Source: Bdellovibrionota bacterium (lineage in GTDB: Bacteria > Bdellovibrionota_C > UBA2361 > OMII01). From it: DNA of 64,000 nucleotides. This document shows positions 57,132 to 64,000 of this stretch, one piece after another; positions within the stretch are counted from its first letter, which is position 1, and every line of letters begins with the position of its first letter. The notes under the pieces are model-generated. The model searched no databases and was not told where the DNA came from. It worked only from the letters and a program-made list of their open reading frames with translations. The position numbers and the translations under genes were made by a program. Where the stretch lies: NCBI GenBank assembly GCA_044345405.1, contig JBIJBE010000018.1:685-64684 (forward strand). The letters run 5' to 3'.

Positions 57132-59705
57132 CTATTCCCCGGGAATAACCGCTTTAAGACCGGGATCCGCGACGGCTCGGAGGGCCGTCACCGAGGTGAA
57201 CTCCTTCTTACGATCCTGATAGCCCCGAATGTTGTAGAGCTGTCCGTTCGTTACACCGTATCGGTCGCTCATGCCGAGCTTGCCCATCGCGAGAGCTACC
57301 GGTACCTCGTTGAAGAGTACATCCGCGTAAGCCTCGACCTTCGCTCGGAGCGTCATCCCATCCTCGAAGAGCCCATCGACCCGGAACGTTGATACCCCGC
57401 GCGTTTGCAGCGCTGGAAGTAATGTGCCGGCTGATTGCGGGACGCCGTTGAACATCGTGTTCCTACACTCGGCGTCCGCTTTGAGGGGATGAAGGGCTCC
57501 CTTTGAATCCCGAAGCTCAACGCGATGCTGCTCGCACGGACGGCCGCAGTCACGGTAGCTTGAGCCCTTTGAAAGGAACGCCGCGAACACGCAGTGCTCC
57601 ATATGAAACGCTGGAATATAGTGGTGCGCGGTTACCTCAAGCTTCGACGCGTCGCATGCTGAGGCGAGTTCAAGAAGTTGCTCCCCGTTGAGATCGTAGC
57701 TAGGGCAGATACGTGATAGTCCCTTCGAAAGGAGATACGAGGCGGAGATCGAGTTCGCGACATTCAAACTAAAATCACCGATCAAGGTAAGTCCACTCTT
57801 TCGCAGGTACTCTAGGGCTCCGAGGTTACGCACGAGTACCTCGTCCGGTTTAATTCGCTCGATGACCTTGAGATGCGCGAGCTCGCCCGGTTTCAGAATT
57901 CGAGTTGTGGCGATACCGACCTGGTATCCCATCGCGCGAACTCGTTCAGCGGCGGGTCCGTACTCCTTCCCGAACTCGAAATCGAGGAAGATCGTCGCTA
58001 TGGGAAGATTGGCGAGTCCGTCCAGTTGGGAGACCTCACGGATGAGAACGTTAAGGCCCGGTTTGCCGTAGGAAGCATGAGGCGCATGGCGTGAGCGAAC
58101 CCATTCGCGCATCTCTTCCCCCGAACGAATCGAGATGGCGAGGCGATTCATCCGTTGCTGTTCGAGGTCGTGGCACAGAGAACGGCGGATCTCTTTGAGC
58201 TCCTTACTGTGTAGGAAACAAGATCCCTCGATGTTGTTCGATATCTCAGAGAGGGCGAACACGGTACCGCCGAGGGCTCCGAGCTCGGCGCGTAGGCTCT
58301 CCGTTGAGAGCGGGGCGCGAGCCGCTTGTTGAAGTGGTGATTCAGAGCGGGCGGTCGCGATGTTGCCATCGGTGTCGGTTGCCGTAACGACGAGCGATTC
58401 TCCAATGGAGCCGAAAACAGCCAGTGTCAGCGGAATCTTCTTCATGGCGTTTTTATCGGTGAAGCTCTTTCGGACCTCCGCTTCAAGATGCGGGGAGCTG
58501 TTTACATACGCGTGCATCCCTTCGCGCACCTTCCCGAGCGAGAAGGATCGACTGAAGGAAACGCGAGCCCCTCGCTTGTCTGAGCGAATTCCGAAAACGG
58601 TTGAGCCGACCTCCTCTTTCGAGGCGTGATCGACGAAGACGATTCCGTCTCCCGCGTCGATCGCTTGTTCGGTGTCGATGATGACACCATCGGAAGCTAT
58701 AGATGACACCTCGCCGAGGTAGAGTCCGTGGTGGCTGCTGAGGTGCGCCGGAACGAGTCGTTGGTGGTTTACGCCATCAAACCACCCGTTAAAGAAGCCA
58801 CGAGAGTAGACGCGAGCCATCTCTTCCTCTTTGGCGCGAGTTTGAGAAGGGGAGAGATTTCCAACGCTACGTTCTTTATAGGCGCGGGCGGTCGTCGCGA
58901 CGTATTCCGGTGATTTTAAGCGACCCTCGATCTTAAATGACTCGATTCCGATCTCAACAAGTCGTGGCACATCCTCTAAGCCGCAGAGATCTTGTGGTGA
59001 TACGAGGTAACTCTTCTCCCCGAGCTCTCGCTTCTTGCCATCCACGATCAGATCGTACTGTAGACGACACGATTGAGCGCACTGTCCACGATTGGCGGAT
59101 CGTCCGCCGAGACTCTCTGAGGTGAGGCATTGTCCGGAATACGACACGCAGAGAGCACCGTGTACGAATACCTCAAGCTCTTTTGTGGTCGCGGCTTTTA
59201 TCTTCGCCATCTCGGGTATTGAGACCTCGCGACCGAGTACGTACCTCGCCATCCCGAGGTCTTCGGTGAGGGATATAGCTTCCGGATTGGTCACCGTCAT
59301 CTGAGTTGATGCATGCACAGCTTGGTTCGGCGCCATGTGGCGAATGAGCGCAGCGATTCCCAGATCTTGAACGATGAATGCATCGGGCCGGAGGGGGATG
59401 ACATCGCGGAGCGCGTCGACTACGTCCTCAAGCTCTCGTTCGAAGATGAGAATATTAAAGGCGAGGAAGACCTTTACCCCGTAGAGGTGAGCGTACTGGA
59501 TCATCGCCCGTAATTCATCGAGTTCTAGGGTAGGGGCTCGACCTCGCGCGTTAAAGCCCGGCATCCCCATGTACACGGCGTCGGCGCCGTTGTGAACGGC
59601 GGCTCGAAGCATATCCCAATTCCCCACGGGGGAAAGGATCTCTGGTGTTGAGGGCTTAGGTAATGACATCCCGTCTATTGTGTCGATAAATCGGCGCGAA
59701 GGCAA
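57132..59705 (-). CDS. peptidase U32 family protein (collagenase-like, long form)
   Basis: GADAVYMG..FNARG U32 N-terminal motif and E...CxxC-containing core. 857 aa with duplicated C-terminal domains. Confidence 0.8.
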   Translation of the reverse strand: MPSRRFIDTIDGMSLPKPSTPEILSPVGNWDMLRAAVHNGADAVYMGMPGFNARGRAPTLELDELRAMIQYAHLYGVKVFLAFNILIFERELEDVVDALRDVIPLRPDAFIVQDLGIAALIRHMAPNQAVHASTQMTVTNPEAISLTEDLGMARYVLGREVSIPEMAKIKAATTKELEVFVHGALCVSYSGQCLTSESLGGRSANRGQCAQSCRLQYDLIVDGKKRELGEKSYLVSPQDLCGLEDVPRLVEIGIESFKIEGRLKSPEYVATTARAYKERSVGNLSPSQTRAKEEEMARVYSRGFFNGWFDGVNHQRLVPAHLSSHHGLYLGEVSSIASDGVIIDTEQAIDAGDGIVFVDHASKEEVGSTVFGIRSDKRGARVSFSRSFSLGKVREGMHAYVNSSPHLEAEVRKSFTDKNAMKKIPLTLAVFGSIGESLVVTATDTDGNIATARSESPLQQAARAPLSTESLRAELGALGGTVFALSEISNNIEGSCFLHSKELKEIRRSLCHDLEQQRMNRLAISIRSGEEMREWVRSRHAPHASYGKPGLNVLIREVSQLDGLANLPIATIFLDFEFGKEYGPAAERVRAMGYQVGIATTRILKPGELAHLKVIERIKPDEVLVRNLGALEYLRKSGLTLIGDFSLNVANSISASYLLSKGLSRICPSYDLNGEQLLELASACDASKLEVTAHHYIPAFHMEHCVFAAFLSKGSSYRDCGRPCEQHRVELRDSKGALHPLKADAECRNTMFNGVPQSAGTLLPALQTRGVSTFRVDGLFEDGMTLRAKVEAYADVLFNEVPVALAMGKLGMSDRYGVTNGQLYNIRGYQDRKKEFTSVTALRAVADPGLKAVIPGE

Positions 59706-59732
59706 AAACTAGGGGCGAGGTATTTCGCTGAG

Positions 59733-61709
59733 TTAGCGAGCTTTTTTAGCGGCGCGGGCGTGAATTGCCGTAAGAGGGCGCTCGTCTCCCTTCGTGGGTC
59801 GGGTTTTATCGCCGAGCGAGCTTGTTGAGGGAGTGAGCGCTTCCGTAACTCTATCTACATTTACCGGCTCCGTAGGAGGGGCTGACGGTGTCTTGGACAG
59901 CGGGGGTGACGCTGACGCTTCCACGCATTGAAGAGCGGCAGCGTGAGCTTGATGGTAATGCGCGGCCATCACATCCCATGTGAATCGCTCGGTGAGGCGT
60001 TCAGCTCTGTTACGAAGAGAGATACGTTCTCGACGGTTGAGTTCACAGAACTTGTGCAGATATGAGGCGAGTTGATCGATCGTCTCTTGGTTGCTCTGTC
60101 GCGAGCGATTGAGAACGAGCGTTCCGTTCTGGAGCGCGTCGGGGACGTGGCGCTCCACGTATGCGCCGAAGCCGCTCAGATCGGTCGTGACGGTTGGAAG
60201 ACCGAGCGCGAGACACTCAAGAGGGGTATATCCCCACGGCTCGTAGTAGCTCGGGAATACACCCATGTGACATCCGCGCACGAACTGTTCGTAGTCGAGG
60301 CTGAAGAGGCTCGAAAGGGTGACGAAGTCAGGATGGAACACCACCTTGACGGGATCGCCCGGCGCGTTCACGAGGTTGCGATGCCGAAGGTGACGCAAGA
60401 CTTGGTCCTCAGCGTCGTTCCACATATCGTGGGTGACAATCGGGGGCCACTGTGTTGTTTTTCGCGCGAGCATCGCTCGTTTGAGTCGAACCTGAACATC
60501 GTGAGGGAAAAGCTCCTCAAAGGTCGGCATCCGGCCACGAGCGGTCGCGTCGATGAGGCGTTGTGAGAGGTTCTGCTCAAGATCGCGGCATGTCGCTTTG
60601 AGGTCCTCGAAGCGGAGATGGTTTTGAAGCGACGTTACGTTGAGGCTCTTCGTTGGCGCTCGGGTGATGATGAAAGCCACAACGGTTGGTGGTTTCGGCA
60701 TACCCTTGAGACGCTCATTGAGCTGGGCGAGCGACTCAATAAAGATATCCATCCCTTTGTTAAGGTACTCATACCGGCCGCTCGTAAAGAAGTACAACGT
60801 GCGGTCGAGGTCGAACGAGTAGCTCGGAAAGAAGTGACCCATGACGAACTCATGGATTCGCTCTTTGTATTTGAGGTGGAGGTTTTGGAACTCGTGGAGG
60901 GCGGTGAATTGGTGCGTGTTGAGTCCGTTGGGAAGGACAAAGTCCGGTTTGCGCCCCAAGAGATATTCTGCCTCGCGGGCGGTTACCTCACTGACGGTCG
61001 TAAATATATGTGACGCGTGCGCGGCCGCGCGCTCAATCGCGTACTTGCTCCATATGGTGTAGTAGCGAGCCGCATCATCGGCGTTTATCCACGGTAAGTT
61101 AGAATAGAAGTTTGGGTCATTCGACGCGATATAGCGTCCCAACTGGGTGGCGTGTGTGGTGAATACCGTTGAGACGGGGATGTTGAGGTGCCGGATACGA
61201 GGTATCGCCGTGCCCGCCATCCACTCGTGAAAGTGCCCCACGATCTTCCGCTCACGAACGGTATCGGTGACAGCCTGTAGGAGATCGGTGACAGCGCTTC
61301 CAAAGGTGAGTATCGCGTCGACCTCGCCGTCGTTGCCCTCAATCGAGATGCCGTTGTCGTTCCAGAGGAAATACTTCGTTTCGCCGAGCCAGTTGTAGCA
61401 CGCTTGATAGTCGAGCAGGAGCGCCTGTGGATGGCCGTCGATGAGCCAGTGGCCGAAGTGGCATCCGATACCTTTGGCGGTAAGACGTTGTAAGGCTGGT
61501 TTGAGCCACTCGGGAGCGTCGCTTTTTTCGAATTCAAGGGAACTGGTGTGCTGATTATAAGGGCCAACCATGATGTAGTTGGCTCCCCACCGCTCAACCA
61601 TACTGGGAGCTTTCGTTTTCATCACGGTGTAGATGCCACCGATCTGATTACACACCTCCCACGCGAACTCGAAGAGGATGCTTGAGGTGTTGAGGTCAGG
61701 AAAGTTCAT
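59733..61709 (-). CDS. glycogen(starch) synthase, eukaryote-type GT3 family
   Basis: N-terminus LFEFAWEVCNQIGGIYTVMKTKAPSMVERWGANYIMVGPY is diagnostic of GT3 glycogen synthases. 658 aa. Confidence 0.8.
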   Translation of the reverse strand: MNFPDLNTSSILFEFAWEVCNQIGGIYTVMKTKAPSMVERWGANYIMVGPYNQHTSSLEFEKSDAPEWLKPALQRLTAKGIGCHFGHWLIDGHPQALLLDYQACYNWLGETKYFLWNDNGISIEGNDGEVDAILTFGSAVTDLLQAVTDTVRERKIVGHFHEWMAGTAIPRIRHLNIPVSTVFTTHATQLGRYIASNDPNFYSNLPWINADDAARYYTIWSKYAIERAAAHASHIFTTVSEVTAREAEYLLGRKPDFVLPNGLNTHQFTALHEFQNLHLKYKERIHEFVMGHFFPSYSFDLDRTLYFFTSGRYEYLNKGMDIFIESLAQLNERLKGMPKPPTVVAFIITRAPTKSLNVTSLQNHLRFEDLKATCRDLEQNLSQRLIDATARGRMPTFEELFPHDVQVRLKRAMLARKTTQWPPIVTHDMWNDAEDQVLRHLRHRNLVNAPGDPVKVVFHPDFVTLSSLFSLDYEQFVRGCHMGVFPSYYEPWGYTPLECLALGLPTVTTDLSGFGAYVERHVPDALQNGTLVLNRSRQSNQETIDQLASYLHKFCELNRRERISLRNRAERLTERFTWDVMAAHYHQAHAAALQCVEASASPPLSKTPSAPPTEPVNVDRVTEALTPSTSSLGDKTRPTKGDERPLTAIHARAAKKAR

Positions 61710-62195
61710 GCGCGGTATTCTAACCTAAGACTCCGACATCGTAGCATACCTCGGTCAGGTAGATCGATGAGAGGAATGACAATTTGATGAAAATTCGGTG
61801 GCCTAAACACAAACTTAATGAGAATTTGAACGCGCCTTGATGAGTCGGTGTTTGAGAGTTGAGATGGCGAGTAACCAATTCCTCCTAATCGGAATGATTG
61901 CGGGAAATAAGGGGCGGCTGTGGTGCGCCGTTCTCGTTCCGAGACAGGAGGTGTTTCTCCTCCAAACGCATGATTGGATGGAAGTCCTCTTCCGTAACAG
62001 TTCGACGTTACCTCCCAGGAGTGCCCCCTAAGGGGCGTGGAAGTCGGGTTTCATCTGGACAGGAGCAAACCCCATGGAGCCCTTTGCCACCTGCCCCCCG
62101 CCCGGCCAGTTGGGGGCGATCGAGTTTGTGGTCGCCTCTGTCTGTGCTTCATTTTCCCCGTGGACATCCAGTTTTCGAGCTTCCAGCAACCCGAT

Positions 62196-63344
62196 TCAGT
62201 CAATGACTCGCCCGCTTGCCCTCGTATCGAACCGATGCGCGAAGCCATTTCGTGCTGACTCATTCCAGAACGCATACGTTTTGAGGAGCCAACGCTGCGC
62301 TCGCGCCTGGGGATTGACCACATCTATAACCTCTCGCGAGTGCAGGCCCCGAAGATTAGGAATGGAGAGCAGATCCCCCTGTTCAAGATTTACTTGATAT
62401 TTTTGGGCGCTTTTAAGCGCGCGCTCCAATTTTAATAAAGCTCTCGTAGCTACATGCTCATGAGTGCCCTCAAGCGCGTCGGTTCGTCCGCTGTAGAAGC
62501 GAAACATCGGCGCTCTCCTGTCATTGTCAGCGTAGCTCAACACGGCATGCGGTTCCGACCGTTGTTGTCCCGGATTGGATGCTTTCGAGAAATCATCAAA
62601 TGGAGTGAAGAAGATCGCCTCCTGCAACGCCTCTCTCTCCACGGGGGAGAGATTGGTCAGGAGTGCTCGACCGTCAAAATAGCTAGTCGGTATCATGTTT
62701 CCACCGGTCTTACGCATGGCGAGAAGATTGAGAATATCAGGTCGGACGTCGTGCGCGGTTCGGTCGTTATGAGGATACAATTCGCCATCTGTCTTTTGTG
62801 TTTGGGTTCCCTGATATTTTTGCTCGGCTATTACATCTTGAAAAAAATCCCCGTTATTCCTAGTGCTGTAAGCTAACAGGGGAGTGCCCGTCAGCTGAGA
62901 AAACATCTCCAGGACAGCTTCGCCAATGAATGTCTTTTTTACGGCGTATTTGGTTTGGAGTGAGTCCTTCTCAGATTGGGAGTTAAAAGACGGCACGTTG
63001 AGATCAACGGGCAGATTGCGAATGAGGAAGTGAAGTCGTTCATTACGCATGCGAGACCCTTTTATCTCGTGACACATATCTCGGACCGCGGACGGAAATT
63101 GCGGACCCTCGATGAGAGCTCGAACATTGAGGCGGAACTGAGAGTAGTCACCGTACGGATTCGCCCGAGTTTGTGAGAGGATGTTCCTCAGTTCCCTATG
63201 ATCTCGTGTAGTGACGTGGAATTCATTACCTGATCTGGGTCCAAAGTCGTCAGAGGGAATTTTGGGTAGGCGGCCGTCACTAAATGATACGACATGCGAG
63301 ACATTCAACATAAAGATTCTCCGTGAGTGACGTGATTGATTCAC
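62196..63344 (-). CDS. putative Fe(II)/2-oxoglutarate-dependent oxygenase (clavaminate-synthase/TauD-like)
   Basis: 382 aa. Candidate HxD facial triad (YPHNDRTAH) with a distal His/Arg (LRGLHSREV). Family assignment is tentative. Confidence 0.35.
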   Translation of the reverse strand: MNQSRHSRRIFMLNVSHVVSFSDGRLPKIPSDDFGPRSGNEFHVTTRDHRELRNILSQTRANPYGDYSQFRLNVRALIEGPQFPSAVRDMCHEIKGSRMRNERLHFLIRNLPVDLNVPSFNSQSEKDSLQTKYAVKKTFIGEAVLEMFSQLTGTPLLAYSTRNNGDFFQDVIAEQKYQGTQTQKTDGELYPHNDRTAHDVRPDILNLLAMRKTGGNMIPTSYFDGRALLTNLSPVEREALQEAIFFTPFDDFSKASNPGQQRSEPHAVLSYADNDRRAPMFRFYSGRTDALEGTHEHVATRALLKLERALKSAQKYQVNLEQGDLLSIPNLRGLHSREVIDVVNPQARAQRWLLKTYAFWNESARNGFAHRFDTRASGRVID

Positions 63345-63567
63345 GTTCGTTGAGACACGGGCGACCTTAGTGCTGAATTGAATGTTGTTTGCTCTGAAGG
63401 GAAATCCGCGCTAGCTCCCACTAGTGATTCAGAGAAATAGAGAGAGTTCATTCCTTGTGGTCTCTTCAGAAAGGGACGCAGAAGGGGTGTCTCCACACCG
63501 TTCGTCATTGACGGTTGGGGCATGAAGCGCCATTAATCATCAATGCGCCGAACAAGGAGACCTAGCT

Positions 63568-64000
63568 ATGTCTACACCTCTTGATAAGAAGTCCTCGATT
63601 CATGAAATTCGAGAGCGATTTGATAATGACGTCGAGCGATTTTCCAACCTGGAAACCGGACAGTCCGCGACGATGGACGCTCCGCTCGCCATGGAGCTTA
63701 TCACTGACGCGGCTGTGGCGAGCTGTCCGGTTATTAAGGACGTCCTTGATATCGGGTGTGGGGCTGGGAACAACACGATTAAGTTGTTGCACCGGTATGG
63801 TGCCGATTTCAACGTTGTATTAAATGACTTGAGCCGCCCCATGCTTGACCGCGCCGCGCGACGAATCGGGGAGGTTAGTGGTGCTGAAATTAAACTCGTG
63901 GACACCGATTTTCGAGTAGCCGATCTACCGCGACAATCGTTCGACGTCATTTTGGCCGCCGCCGTGCTGCATCACCTTCGCGACGACGCGGATTGGCGCT
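63568..64000 (+). CDS. class I SAM-dependent methyltransferase (CmoA-like), 3'-truncated by window end
   Basis: VLDIGCGAGNNT motif I, acidic LND motif II, FDVILAAAVLHHL. ORF runs off the window. Confidence 0.6.
   Translation, partial: MSTPLDKKSSIHEIRERFDNDVERFSNLETGQSATMDAPLAMELITDAAVASCPVIKDVLDIGCGAGNNTIKLLHRYGADFNVVLNDLSRPMLDRAARRIGEVSGAEIKLVDTDFRVADLPRQSFDVILAAAVLHHLRDDADWR

Noticed and set aside
1-64000. Looked for a CRISPR array (regularly spaced 24-48-bp direct repeats) and for cas genes other than the Cas4-like ORF.
   Set aside because: Only a two-copy 18-bp tandem repeat (12604-12641) and the coding TPT/TAT repeats of the surface protein were found. Neither has repeat-spacer architecture.

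Overview
This 64-kb window looks like bacterial chromosome (moderately high GC, dense coding on both strands, one tRNA, no rRNA, no CRISPR array, no obvious transposase or integrase). I did not compute GC content; that estimate is by eye. Landmarks from start to end:

- 1.2-7.1 kb: a cell-envelope modification operon with an OafA-type acyltransferase and two very large polytopic membrane proteins, one carrying the YYY motif.
- 7.67 kb: tRNA-Cys(GCA) on the minus strand.
- 8-21 kb: housekeeping genes (fdxA, a LysM lytic transglycosylase, def-fmt, purC).
- 13.7-14.6 kb: a stand-alone Cas4-like (DUF83) nuclease with an unusual hydrophobic insert.
- 22.6-25.4 kb: an orphan 914-aa gamma-class N6-adenine DNA methyltransferase, divergently paired with a protein that has only a sigma-70 region 4 domain.
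- 25.3-28.8 kb: cysE, rsmE, a lone cpaB, and a VanY-type peptidase.
- 29.8-30.6 kb: a TrmB-family regulator beside an ACGT-core repeat cluster.
- 32-43.8 kb: a large flagellar block in the ancestral order motA-(X)-motB-fliLMNOPQR-flhB-flhA-flhG-fliA (no flhF), followed by a hybrid receiver-histidine kinase.
- 45.5-49.6 kb: an SDR / FAD-oxidase / DUF1365 / CFA-synthase lipid-modification cassette.
- 49.6-51.2 kb: a secreted protein with two tandem domains and a Thr/Pro-rich linker.
- 52.1-52.5 kb: a GxxExxY protein.
- 53-64 kb: GT2, proBA, a U32 peptidase and a eukaryote-type GT3 glycogen synthase.

I found no single obvious novel operon. The most second-look-worthy items are the Cas4-like nuclease locus, the orphan methyltransferase with its sigma-region-4-only neighbour, a candidate sRNA next to tRNA-Cys, two short repeat families (a triple 9-bp CCTTTGYGK unit at two loci, and TTCACGT / ACGTTTAC clusters), and the atypical stator arrangement with missing flhF.
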